The position numbers and the translations under genes were made by a program. DNA of 63,837 nt, filler included, from Welwitschia mirabilis (lineage: Eukaryota): the NCBI GenBank assembly GCA_051453625.1. It is 4 parts of one record of this genome, joined end to end, with 100 filler letters (N's around TTAATTAATTAA, not from the genome) between each part and the next. Parts side by side here need not be neighbours in the genome. Positions count along the whole stretch, not along the records: positions 1 to 19,649 come from JBOZIK010000001.1; 3 more parts are not named here. One strand, 5' to 3'. A model generated the notes under the pieces. The model did no database searches and had not been told where the DNA came from. It worked only from the letters and a program-made list of their open reading frames with translations. Shown here piece by piece: positions 1 through 12,600 of the stretch (position 1 is the stretch's first letter; every line of letters starts with the position of its first letter).

Positions 1-3000
1 GATAATTAAAGGTGTCCCTAAACTGAATGTGTCTCAAGGAAGGGTATGTGAAGCATGTGTTAAGGGAAAATTAGTCAGGTTTAGCTCCTCAAGCAAGAGA
101 GATACAACATCAAGCAAACCTCTGGACCTCATTCACATGGACTTCGTAAGACCAATCCAAACAAGAAGTATTGCTGGCAGGAAATATTTTCTTGTCATGG
201 TTAATGACAATCCAAGATATTGTTGGGTGTGTTTTATACCTAGTAAAGATGATGCCTTTGACATGTTTGTTAAAGTATGTAGTAGAATTCAAAAGGAACA
301 AGGTGACTATGTCAAAACCATTAGAACAGATAGAGAAGGTGAATTTGATAATGATAAATTTGAGAATTTTTGTAGTACTAATGGTATTAGGCATCAATTT
401 TCAGCTCCTCGTACTCCTCAACAGAATGGTGTGGTGGAAAGGAAAAATCGAGGCCTAATTGAAATGGCTCGAACAACGCTAAATAAATAATCTTTACCAC
501 ATCATTTTTGGGCAGAAGCAATCAACATAGTACGTTACATCTCCAACAGAGTTTTTCTTCGCTCAGGAACAAAAAGAAGTGCTTATGAGCTTTGGTATGG
601 TAAAAGACCAAATGTAAGTTACTTTAAAGTTTTTGGAAGCAAGTACGCAATTCTTAAGGATAAGAGTCATTTAAGTAAGTTGAATCAAAATCAAATGAAG
701 GTTTTTTTTTTGTCTTGGCTACTTATCAACTAGTAAAACATACCGAGTCTTTAATAAACCCTCAGGTAAAATGTAAGAGTTAGCTCATGTTAAAGTTGGA
801 TATGAATGTTAATTTTGTAGCTCTAGACAGGAATGATGACATGGACTCTATAGCTGCAATACCAACACTAGCACTACTTCTGAAGATAGACCATCATCCT
901 CAAACAACAAATAAAGTTTGGAAGATGCTCAAATGTTTCACTCTTTGCCGCAAAGAACCAAAAGAGATCATCTGATGGAAGTCATAGTAAGTGATCCCAA
1001 TCTTGGCACCACAACTGGGAGTGGTAAGCGTATCAGCCCGAGCTTTTTGTGTTTTCTTTCTAGTTTGGAACCCAAAACCTTTCAGGAAGCAAAGAAAGAT
1101 GAAGCATGAAGTTGGCTATGCAAAATGAGCTACATCAATTTAAAAGGACCAAAGTCTAGGACTTAGTCTCTCCTCTTCAAGGAAAGCACATTATCAGAAC
1201 AAAATGGGTGTTCAAGAATAAAAGAGACAAAAATCACAACATAGTGCAAAACAAAGCTCAATTGGTTGCTCAGGGATACAATCAACAAGAAGGTATAGAC
1301 TATGATGAAACGTTTGCTCAGGTTGTCAGGTTAGAAGCCACACAAATGTTATTAGCCTTTGCTTGTTTTCATAAATTTAAATTATTTCAAATGGATGTCA
1401 AAAGTGCTTTTCTGAATGGGTATATTAATGAGGAAGTTTATGTAGCTCAACCCCCAGGCTTCATAGATCATAAATTTCCTAATTTTGTGTATAAACTGAA
1501 CAAAACCTTGTATGGATTAAAGCAAGCTCTTCGAGCTTGGTTCAATAGGTTAAATACTTTTCTTGTTTCAAATGGATTTGGTTAATGTAATGCTGATCCC
1601 ACTCTATTTATCAAACATGAGAATAAAGACAAATTGATAGTGCAAATTTATGTTGATGACATAGTGTTTGGATCAACGAAAATCGTGCTTGCTTAAGAAT
1701 TTGCCACACTTATGCAGGAGGAGTTCGAAATGAGCACGGTAAGTGAATTAAATTTTTTTTCTTGGTCTTCAAATTAAGAAGTTAAAAGAAGGTATATTCA
1801 TAAGTCAAACAAAATATACCAGAGGTATCTTGAAAAAATATGATATGATCAATGGGAAATACTAAAGGACATCTCTATCCACAAATGCTAAAGTGAGTAA
1901 AGATGAGCCTAAAAACCAAATAGATTAGAAACTTTTTAGAGGCATAATAGGAAGTCTCCTGAATGTTACAACATATAGGCCAGACATAACTTATAGTGTT
2001 GGTGTGTGTGCTAGGTATTAATCAAATTCTAAAAAATCCCACTATGTTTGTGTCAAAAGAATTCTTAAATACTTGAAACACACTCAAAATTTTGGTTTAT
2101 GGTACCCATATGACGCTACACTTGGTTTTGTTGGATATAGTGATGCAGATTGGGCAGGTTGCATTGATAACAGGAAAAACACAAGTGGAGCCTCTTTTTA
2201 TATGGGAAATTGTCTTGTTTCTTGGCTGAGTAGAAAACAAAATACTATTTCCTTGTCTACAGCAGAAGCTGAATACATAGTTGTCAGAGCTTGTTGTGCT
2301 CAACTCACCTAGATGAAACAAATGTTAACTGACTTTGGAGTAAAGTTTCAATGAGATCAAGGTGTACTATGACAATACAAGTACTATTGGTATCACAAAG
2401 AATCATGTTCAGCATTTTTGTACCAAGCATATCGATATAAGGCACCATTTCATCCTAGATCAGGTACAAAATGGTACTATTGAATTTGAATATATTGATA
2501 CTAATCATCAAATTGCAGACATCATGACCAAAGCCCTTATTGAAGAACGATTTATCTTTCTAAGGAAAAATCTTGGCATAGAGGCCTACCCCTTTGAGGT
2601 ATGAACTTTATTACTCAAATTTCATTAGTGCTAACATTGTATATTATTTGGGCAAACATTTCTCTCCCTGAAATTGTCTTGGCTCATTTTGCAAAAAATT
2701 GTATTGTCTGATCAAAACTCTTCTTACTCTAACGTGATCGCTCTCACCTGATTAATTCTGTATTAATCCCAGACATTCACTTTTGAACTGGGTCAAAAAT
2801 TTTTCTTTGACAACCAGACGTCCCCTCTCCAAGTCTCAAATGTCTGCTTTTGCACGAATTTAAAAAGTTCTTGTCTTTATAACCCGGACGTCTGCAGCTT
2901 CAGCATCTGATGACCCCTCTTCTTAAATTCCTTCTCCTCTTCTTTCATCTTCCTCTCCTTCATTTCTGTACTTGAATTTTTTCCACATTTTGTATCAACA

Positions 3001-4509
3001 TTTTGTAATCATCTCCACCTTTTTACATATCAACATTCTGTAATCACCTTAATACAAATTGTTTTTGTCCTTTAATTTGTATCTCCAATTGTTTTTTCAC
3101 TAATGACAAAGGGGGAGAAAATATGAGCTCTTAATTGACATTTATTTGCAATTGCACTTTCCGCTTTTATACTTAGATATATACATATGAAGCTAACCTC
3201 TGATAACAAGATCTAGATATATTGTATATATTAAGTTATAGGAATCCAATCTCCCAACTAGTGGATGTGCCTTGATTTTTTTTTTTTAAAGCTCTGAAAG
3301 GAGAGCACAAATTCAGGGGGAGCACAACGATCTAAAATCAAACTTTCAGATTTCCTTATCCAAATATCTTATAAAGTTTGTCATCATTGAAAAGGGAGAG
3401 ATTGTTAGAAAATTATATTTCAATGATGACTTAAGGTGTGAGATCAGGAAAAGGCAGCAGACTAAGCAATCTGAGACAAACTGAGTGACCATTAGTCTTA
3501 GGATGTCCGCCTAGAGAAACTAGGACGTCCAACCATATATGCTGCTTTTTATATTGGTATGTTAACTCTGAGAAACCGGGATGTCTAGACCTGTACACTG
3601 ATCTTTGTACTAGCATGTCCACCCTGTGAAACCAGGACGTCCAACCTTATAAGCTGGTTTTTATATTGGGACGTCCGCCCTGTGAAATCAGGACATCTGG
3701 GCTTGATTGCGGACCTGTAATACTGGGATGTTAGGTTTGTTATTCTGGGACGTCCAGAGCCATTCTCAGTTTTATCAGAAGCTCAACTTTAAAACTGGGA
3801 CATCTAGAATTTATTGATGGGACATCCGGCAACACAATTGTGGCCATGGAAAGTTACCCATTCAGAATGTTGGTTCGAGGACTCCAATGCACTAATGTCT
3901 CAAATCTTCTCTGGCACACTACCCAACATTAGAGGAATTCTCTATAAAGTTCTCAACAGCTATTTTTTTGAAGAGCTTTATAAATCTGTATTTATCTCTT
4001 ATCCAAAACATTTTTCTGAGATTCTAAAAGAGACAAACTATTGTGAAATTAATTTGTACTTAAATAGTGTCATCAATTTCTCTTCTTGTACTACATTGAG
4101 CAATTCTCTTTCCTCAGAAGATCTCTTATTCTGTTCTCAAAGCTAATGTACTATGCGAAAAGTATGGCACCACACCATCAGACATTCTCTCTTGTATTAA
4201 TCTAGAAATAGCTCACAGAGTTGAGCCTGGTGTTAAAGTTGAAGATCCCTAGTGAAAGGGGCATTGTATGTAACCTTTGGAGTTAAGAGAATCAGGAGGC
4301 TGATAACAGTTGTTGCCCCCTGAGAGTGGAGTAGGCTTTAGGCTGAACCACTATAAATTGGTGGTGCACATGTTCTTTTCTTTCTTTTTTAAGTTTTGAT
4401 TATCATTCGTCATAGTTTTAACATTTGCTTTATATTTAAGTGGTATAATTGCAAAATTTTCAGTATTACCCTATTCACCTCCTGTCTAGGGTGCCATAAG
4501 ATCCTAACA
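1..4509 (+). mobile_element. Ty1/copia LTR retrotransposon, Sirevirus (SIRE/Maximus)-like, 5' part outside window, decayed pol
   Basis: Copia order: integrase (LDLIHMD, IRTDREGEF, TPQQNGVVERKNR, 29-490), RT (LVAQGYNQQEGIDYDETFA, QMDVKSAFLNG, YVDD ~1650), RNase H (GYSDADWAG, SLSTAEAEY, TKHIDIRHHF; stop 2604). Multiple PPTs follow, then a 3' LTR. Many stops and frameshifts. Confidence 0.95.
3403..4509 (+). repeat. 3' LTR (~1.1 kb) of the Sirevirus-like element
   Basis: Starts TGTTAG right after PPT AAAAGGGAGAGAT and ends CTAACA (6-bp inverted termini). C-rich ATTCACCTCCTGTCTAG motif near the 3' end; repeated GGACGTCC-like palindromes at 3500-3830. Confidence 0.85.
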
Positions 4510-6780
4510 GCAACTTTGTCAGAATTCTTAAGCGAGTGGAAAACTTTATGATTGTGAACCATGTGGTCTTGAATACTTTGGTAGGGTAAGAAGGCAGCTT
4601 GATTTAAGCGAACTGTAGAGGGGAGCAGAGGCTGCATCCTAGAAACCAAAACTTTTGAAATAATCTATAAATGACATTACAAACACCTATGGATCTGGAT
4701 TCTTTTAAATCCAAGGCATCCTTCTTTTTGGAAATCATAACAATGTTTGTGTTGTTCACTTCTTGGGGGATTCTCCCTTGCTTCAAAACCTCATCAAAGA
4801 CATTCTCAGTAAAGGACCTATTATCATATACTTCCAGCAGCCAACTGTTCTCAAGGAAGAATTGAGACCTCTTACCTCTTTTCACCTCCTTTTCTTAATA
4901 ATATGGGCTCTATGATCGAAGCACCACCTCCCCTTTACTTCTAAGGCCCAAAAATGTTCCCCTAATCATTGTTCTGAGATGTGGGCTTTGTTAATCCTCG
5001 ATAGGATTCTATTATCCAATACTCTTTTAGTAGACAAGGTGAACTCTACTTTACACAACTCTGAGTCAACCAGATTCACCTTTTCTGTGAATTTTTCAAA
5101 GTGATCTGCCCCTGCCAAGTTCCAAGGACCTCCTCCTTTCTTTTACAAGAAAATCTGGTTTGGTTAAAGTCATCAATGATGATGCAATTCTTCCCAAAAA
5201 TGTTTTCCTCAATTTCCCCCCATACCTATTGTTGAAGGGTTACATGTTGTGGCCAATAGAGTTTGGTTAAAGTTCTCTTTCTGTTTCAAAAAATTTGATA
5301 CCATCTATTAGTGAAAAAGGTAGTCATACCCCCTACTTGCCCTACACTACCATTAATCACTACATTCCATTCATTAGAAAAACTTCCAAATGATAAAATA
5401 TTACTGACCTTCATTTCCTACAAACATACCACTTTTGGATTGTACTTCATAATCATCTCTTTCAGAGAAGTGATTTTGGCCCACCCCTTACACCCTCTAT
5501 ATTCTAACGGATCACTATCATTTTTATACTTCTTTGAGTTTTTCCCTTAAAGTGTTCCGGGTTATTTGTGGCCCATCTGCTATATTTTCCTTTTGCTGCT
5601 CACCGAGCCTTGAGTCCTTCGCGGGCGCCTGACTCTTTGACTAGGATTTTCACTTTTTGAGGTATCATTTTGTTAACCCTATCCAATTAAGCTACTGGTT
5701 TCCTCCCACTCTTACCATTTTATCTCCAATTTTTTCATTCTTGTCTTGCTCCTTCTTTGGTTCCTCTTTCTTAATGTTGTCAGCTTTATTCTGTTTTGGC
5801 TGGGTCTTCATTTGCTTTGACTTCCACAATATTCATTTTGCCCCCTTACTCCTTACATGCTGGAAACCATCTTTGTCTTATTTTAAATCAACAGTTGTTT
5901 GTAGGGTGCCCAAACATGATGCACACTACACATGCTTCAATTCTGCACGACTCTTTTAAGTGCCCTTTTCTCCCGCACTTCCCACAACCTTGCTTTTTGA
6001 GCTTAGGGAAAAAGTGCAAGGAATGCATTAGTCGATTGGAGCCTTCACACAAGATAGGAATGTTCTTGTATTCCATCTTTACTTTATTGGTGCAATTCAA
6101 ATGAAAATTTTGAAACTCTAGTTTCTTTGGTAGCACTAAATTTACCAACGCACAAGATCTAAGCAAGACCATTCTTGTTCCACTGATTGTGACTGGGTAA
6201 AACTTTGTTAGGTTTCTGGGTTGCTTTGTCAGACATTCTCTAAATTCCTGATTTCAGAAGGTTAGACTAAAGCCCAGCAGCCTTATCTAGACATGAAGCT
6301 TTCTGAATATCTTGTCAAAATGTTTTCCTGGGGTCCGTCTGGGTGGGGCCGAAACCCTTGCCCCAAGCAACCATAGAGCTGTGAGCATGATTATCATTTA
6401 AAATCTCCTCATTCTCAAATTTGAAGAGTACAAGACCCTTCACTAATGCTGTGACTTTCATAGAACTGATTCCTGTCCATCTTATTGCCACTGACTTTCT
6501 AATGGCATCCTTATTAAGTGTTGGCCCAGCAGACACAAAACGCCTCACTAGGCTAAACTTAAATCTCTGCTTTGCTTTGACACAATACTCTGAAGAAACT
6601 TTAAAAACTCCCATCTTCTTAAAAGTACTTCAGATCTGGTTTCACCACCATTTGAAAATGCTAACTCAAAAGGCAGCAAAAGACCAATAAAAAAGAAAAC
6701 ATACCTTACCCATGCAAGCTGTGCTTTCAACCAAAAATCCTTGCCCAGAAGCCAAGATCAGAAAACTTCCCCAACTATCA
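4510..6780 (-). mobile_element. L1-clade LINE remnant (ORF1 with DUF4283-like region and zinc knuckles; ORF2 EN and RT N-terminus), truncated at the Sirevirus LTR
   Basis: Minus-strand frames: 6614-6315 (IRWTG...GLVLFKFENEE, DUF4283-like); 6172-5888 (CGKCGRKGHLKESC and CVVCIMFGHPTNNC); 4885-4510 (FFLENSWL, NNTNIVMISKK, RSIGVCNVIYR, NQAAFLP). Confidence 0.85.
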
Positions 6781-6988
6781 AGAACTTCAATTTGGAAATG
6801 TATTTGCATTTCCACACAACTTGCTATAAAACATCATCATCATTAGAAGTAATATCATAAAAGAGTACACAATACTAGCTGAAGTAGTAAATTTAGTTAC
6901 CTAAGCAATCCACTGAATCCTTCCCCAAGTCCTCAAAAAAGTAGTTAAAACAGTGTGCAGCACCAAAAGTCTAATAAACGTGGGGATA

Positions 6989-7380
6989 TGTAAGGATACT
7001 TGAATTAGCTATGTTAGGCCTCTCCTCTCAACCTCGTGCTAGCGGCAACATTTGCAGTGGCACTATCTATAACGATTTGTGATTAATCATAAAGGTATTA
7101 ATGTCACATTTCAAATTTAAAATCCTTAACTGACCATTTAAAATACTATTATATCCTTGTGCTACTCAATGTGTATGTAACATTTTGTGAATCAATCTTC
7201 TTGACTAGTATCCTTAATTGTGAATATAAATACTCTATATTCTTAATTCATCATCAGTATAACCCTCATCAGATCACTTAAGTGTCCTGACTAAATTCAT
7301 TCTCTCTATGTACTTATTTGTGTTCTCTTTCTTGGCTTTGATCTTAGTATGTATGCTTATATCATTTCCATTGAGTTACA
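6989..7380 (+). repeat. LTR-like direct repeat, copy 1 (partial diverged copy 2 at 9520-9672)
   Basis: TGTAA...TTACA termini and an internal TATAAATA. Bases 7096-7248 align with several substitutions to 9520-9672. Confidence 0.5.
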
Positions 7381-7431
7381 TGTAATATATTATCATGTAT
7401 TCTAGGTGAGATTAGACACATGATATTTTTA

Positions 7432-7863
7432 GAGTAGTTTGCCTCATTGAATCTAAAGGAGGGGCAGAACATAGTTACTTTTACATTCTCAACAAGAGTT
7501 TTTGGAAGTCAATAGGTTAATGATTGGATCTATCTGGAGATGGAACACAAAAATTATTGTACCAGATGTTAATGGCACAATTACTAAATCAAATGTTATG
7601 TTTTTGACTAATTTGTACATCTTGTTGGAAAGGACTGGACACAATCAAGTGTTGCATACCTTGTTTCTGCTATCAAGGAAAATGGCTATTAGTTGTTGTT
7701 CTTAAGTGCCCGTGCTATTGGGCAAGCATATCTTACAAGGTAGTTTCTTATTAATGTAAAATAGGACAACAAGAGTTTACTAGATGATCCATTTGTAATG
7801 TCTCTAGATGGCTTGTTTCCATCCTTGTATCATGAAGTTAAACAAAGAACTCCTCATGAATTC
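7432..7863 (+). pseudogene. Processed lipin / phosphatidate phosphatase (PAH, LNS2 domain) pseudogene, block 1
   Basis: Translates (with stops and shifts) as ASLNLKEGQNIVTFTFSTRVLGS...YLWRWNTKIIVPDVNGTITKSNV...LVGKDWTQS...IKENGY*LLFLSARAIGQAYLTR...[19 protein letters not shown]. This matches the plant PAH1/PAH2 C-LIP region with a decayed DVDGT motif, and no introns are present. Confidence 0.9.
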
Positions 7864-9201
7864 ATTAATGGAAAGAAGGCAACAGGAACATTTCATACCA
7901 TGCAATTATGAAAGAGAAATTCATAACTATGAGGGAATACCCCACCAGCATTAGGAATATTAGTAAAAAGTTATTCTTTCATAGGTTTAGATAAATTATC
8001 CATGTACAAATTCACACCTATAGAAGAAAATATTTTTGAATTAAAGATCACCAATGTTTTCCATTATGGATAATATAATTCAATAAAATATTGATGAAAA
8101 GCAATTCTGGGGCTTATTATTTTCTTAAAAACTTGGATTTGCTCATGTAGTGAATGCATATCTAATAAAGAAGAGCATCACTTTAGAAATAAATGCAACA
8201 AGGTTTAAAGAAGTTCAAGAGCCTAAATTGAAGAATGACCATCCATCAACAGTATCTTAGACAAGTTTACAATAAACCTGATCAAACTCTACTGGCATGT
8301 CAATGCATGAGGATATTTTCGGATTCTCAAGTTCTTCCAAGAAATGAAGAAAAACCTTCACAGAACACAAGCATAACATGCAATCAATGCCATCTATTTA
8401 GATGCAGTTAGTTTCCATTCAAATTTTGATGTTGGATATGGATATGAGATTGCTTTAGGGAAAATGAAAGAATCTCCTGCAATATTAACTTCTAATAGAC
8501 AAGGCTTCCCTATAATCAAATGTATTCTATGTTCATGCCTATTCAGGGGACATGTAGTTGCTAAATTAGTTCTTTGATGAATTCACAGAGAGTCAATACT
8601 TCAACTAGCAGATAAGAGTCAATGATAAAAAATGGTGGACAGTGCAGTTAGCAGACATAATTCTCTAGAGAGGTATGTCATTGGAGTGAAGATGTAATAA
8701 TGAAAATCCATGTTTTTGATGAAGATAGATGAAGAAGTAATCTCTTGCAGTCAAATTTATCCCTCGTTCTTCAAAGTTATCTAACTGAGAAACGTGGAGA
8801 TCAAACAGCTAAGAGAAACTAAAAGCACACTCTCAAGTTAATGGATTTTTTTTAAAATATTCTACCTGCCATAACATATTACAATTTTTTAAGAGGTAAC
8901 AAGACTTTAATAAGCGAAAAAGGAAAAGGCACAGTGGAGAAGAAGAACAATAGAAACACAACAATATCAGGTCAGAAATAGAAGAAGATACCATAACCAA
9001 AAAAAAAACATACATTAGAGGAGGCAATCAGAAGGAATACCACAGAGGATCAGAGGCATATTAGCAAGACACAAAGAAGAATACTATGGAGAGATAAGGC
9101 ATCCTTTGAAAGAGGAGTAGAAGACACAAAAGTGAAGATAGAGGAATTTAGAAAAAGAAGAAGTGGATTAAGAGGAAGAATACCCTATGTCAAAGAAAAG
9201 T

Positions 9202-9419
9202 TACAACCCAAAGGGTGAGATGCTGATGAAATTAGTTACTTAAGAGTTGGAATACCAAAAGGAAAAATCTTCATTATCAATCCAAAGGGTGAGATTGATG
9301 TGAATCATCATGTTGTTACAAAATCATATGCTTCCCTTCATGGACCTGTGAATGAAATATTTCCAGCAATGTTTTCTATAGAACAAAATAACTTTAATTC
9401 TTGGAATTATTGGAGAATG
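9202..9419 (+). pseudogene. Processed lipin/PAH pseudogene, C-terminal block 2
   Basis: YNP...[67 protein letters not shown] matches the conserved plant lipin C-terminus. Runs into an N gap. Confidence 0.9.
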
Positions 9420-9519
9420 NNNNNNNNNNNNNNNNNNNNNNNNNNNNNNNNNNNNNNNNNNNNNNNNNNNNNNNNNNNNNNNNNNNNNNNNNNNNNNNNN
9501 NNNNNNNNNNNNNNNNNNN

Positions 9520-9672
9520 TATTAATGTCACATTTCAAATTTAAAATCCTTAACCGACCATTTAAAATACTATTATATCCTTGTGCTACTCAATATGTAC
9601 GCAACATTTTGTGGGCCAATCTCCTTGACTAGTGTCCTCAATTGTGAATATAAATACTCTGTATTCTTAATT
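9520..9672 (+). repeat. LTR-like direct repeat, partial copy 2
   Basis: Diverged copy of 7096-7248 (ATTAATGTCACATTTCAAATTTAAAATCC...TATAAATACTC). Confidence 0.7.
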
Positions 9673-12600
9673 ACTCTAGTGACCTCAACATAAAGAGTAG
9701 AATACTTTGCCTAGAGAGGATGAAAGCATGAAGTGGATGAGGATTCTGTCTCTAGATTCAACCCCTTCATCCCTAGATATGGAGCATTCACTTTCAACCC
9801 AAGCATTACAGTGATGTGCTAAACTACATAAGGGTCTTTCTGTACTGGTTTCAAAAGTGGTGTATGAATGTAGAATTAAAAGGCAAAACAATCAACACAT
9901 CTCAACTTCATAATGAAAAGAAACTTTTAAGTTGAATTCATACTGAATGGCAAGTTGAAAATTTTCAATGCCAATATTTTTTCAATGATCAATTGGGCTC
10001 AGTCATGGGCATTCTTGTTTGCCCATTTCACAATCCTCTCAATGTCAACTGGGATCCATATGAAGTACCAAAGGGCACNNNNNNNNNNNNNNNNNNNNNN
10101 NNNNNNNNNNNNNNNNNNNNNNNNNNNNNNNNNNNNNNNNNNNNNNNNNNNNNNNNNNNNNNNNNNNNNNNNNNNNNNNNNNNNNNNNNNNNNNNNNNNN
10201 NNNNNNNNNNNNNNNNNNNNNNNNNNNNNNNNNNNNNNNNNNNNNNNNNNNNNNNNNNNNNNNNNNNNNNNNNNNNNNNNNNNNNNNNNNNNNNNNNNNN
10301 NNNNNNNNNNNNNNNNNNNNNNNNNNNNNNNNNNNNNNNNNNNNNNNNNNNNNNNNNNNNNNNNNNNNNNNNNNNNNNNNNNNNNNNNNNNNNNNNNNNN
10401 NNNNNNNNNNNNNNNNNNNNNNNNNNNNNNNNNNNNNNNNNNNNNNNNNNNNNNNNNNNNNNNNNNNNNNNNNNNNNNNNNNNNNNNNNNNNNNNNNNNN
10501 NNNNNNNNNNNNNNNNNNNNNNNNNNNNNNNNNNNNNNNNNNNNNNNNNNNNNNNNNNNNNNNNNNNNNNNNNNNNNNNNNNNNNNNNNNNNNNNNNNNN
10601 NNNNNNNNNNNNNNNNNNNNNNNNNNNNNNNNNNNNNNNNNNNNNNNNNNNNNNNNNNNNNNNNNNNNNNNNNNNNNNNNNNNNNNNNNNNNNNNNNNNN
10701 NNNNNNNNNNNNNNNNNNNNNNNNNNNNNNNNNNNNNNNNNNNNNNNNNNNNNNNNNNNNNNNNNNNNNNNNNNNNNNNNNNNNNNNNNNNNNNNNNNNN
10801 NNNNNNNNNNNNNNNNNNNNNNNNNNNNNNNNNNNNNNNNNNNNNNNNNNNNNNNNNNNNNNNNNNNNNNNNNNNNNNNNNNNNNNNNNNNNNNNNNNNN
10901 NNNNNNNNNNNNNNNNNNNNNNNNNNNNNNNNNNNNNNNNNNNNNNNNNNNNNNNNNACTTATCAATAACGTGTTGTGTGCATCTTGGAGAATGTGATAA
11001 TGCAACATCCTAGCCAGGTACCTCAGCAAGATGGAACTCTGTTCGATGCACTCTTCCTTCGTCTCCTTTCCACATCATTTTCATTTTACCTTGTTTTTCC
11101 TGTCAACATCATTTTATCTTGTTCTTCTTCTACCCATGATTTTGAAAAAGTACCTTTGAAACTTGAAACAACAAATGGGATGAATTTTCAATGTTCTTGG
11201 AGAAAACTACTATGCTTAATTAAAAGTTGCAAGCAACCAATAATCTAAATATTTAAGTACCCTCTGAAGTTCAAACATAGAAGTCAATTAATTGTGAAAC
11301 AAACTCATCCCTGTTGGGTAACCTATTGTGATGAACTCATACCTGACTGATAAAGTTACTGTGGAAAATTACAATGATTAGAAAATAGAATCCTCAATCT
11401 CCAAGAATTGAAATAAAACCAAACTTGGAACACTGAAGTTGGTTTCAAAGAAGTTGATGTAAACAAAAACTTCATTGAATCGAAAGAAAAGAAAACTTGA
11501 TAAAATGTGAATCCAAAATTATTGGAACGGTCGAGTAATTTAGAGCAGAGATAATTCTCAAAGTTTGTTTTAAAATTGAAGGAAACAAAGGACACAAGTG
11601 CAAGGAAAACCACAAAAGAAAGCAATGCCACTTTGTTTCTTAATATGTTATGGCAGTGTGCAAAAATATGACAGAAAAGGGGTTGATAAATTGTCATATC
11701 TTATCTTTTCAAAATGAAATAACCCTAGCAATGAATTATAAGATAAATTTGGAGGGGAAAAAGCCTATGTTGAGAAATCATAGCATCCACATACTGTCCA
11801 CTATTCCTTGGTCACAGTGTTGTAACCATGCCTTACATGTGTTGTACATCAGTTCGTGGCATGGGCAATACTAAAGGCATGTCTTGAGGCCAACACTCCC
11901 ATGAAAGGCAGAGATGTTTAAACGTGATGAAGAGAAGGCAAACCAATTGCCAACATCAACCACTTGAGCACATGAGAACAAGTCAAGTTGCAATTTGAAA
12001 ACAATGATTACACCTGCAAACCATTAATCAATACTTAAAACAGATATTACTAAACATATTGTTAAAAAACCTATTTATCAAAAGACTTCTGCTACATTGG
12101 TACAGCTTCAACTGTGACATTTAATGATGGCCGTTCTTTTGGCTTTGTAGATGATGGAAGTGTTACTAGTGCAAGTGGGTTTGAGGGCACACTGGTAGCT
12201 TGAAGTCTCACCATAGATTTGGCTATCTTTCAATACAATAGTCATTGAATCTCAGTTAGTCAATGAATAATGCAAAGCCAAAATCCAAAAATTAAACTAA
12301 AAACACAATTTTAGAAAGTATGCTTACTAATCAACGCTGCACAAAACATGAAATTTTACTTCCTTTTCTTTCTTGTTTGAATTTCTTAAATGTGTGCCTC
12401 TTGTTTCTTGGATGACCATAGAAGTGTCATTAGGGCTGAGTCTTTTCTTCTCAGTGTCAAGTCCCCACAATTTGTTAAAGTTCATGAAGTTCTTTAGGAG
12501 GCTTTTGGTGGATGCATGAGATGAGTATTGTTCGACTATCACATAAACCACCTCCTACCAATGCCACGTGAATGGTAGACCTTACTGAAGCAAGCATAGT

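Noticed and set aside
3495-3830. Spaced short palindromic repeats superficially like a CRISPR array
   Set aside because: Eukaryotic LTR context, repeats of ~8 bp, spacers related to one another, and no cas genes.
9690-10078. Minus-strand IVKWANKNAHD*AQL, resembling a LINE RNase H C-terminus
   Set aside because: Too short and gap-truncated to support a call.
9955-11029. Long ORFs in the track spanning N gaps (also 20073-20913, 40490-41073, 59615-60317)
   Set aside because: Artefacts of X translation through gaps.
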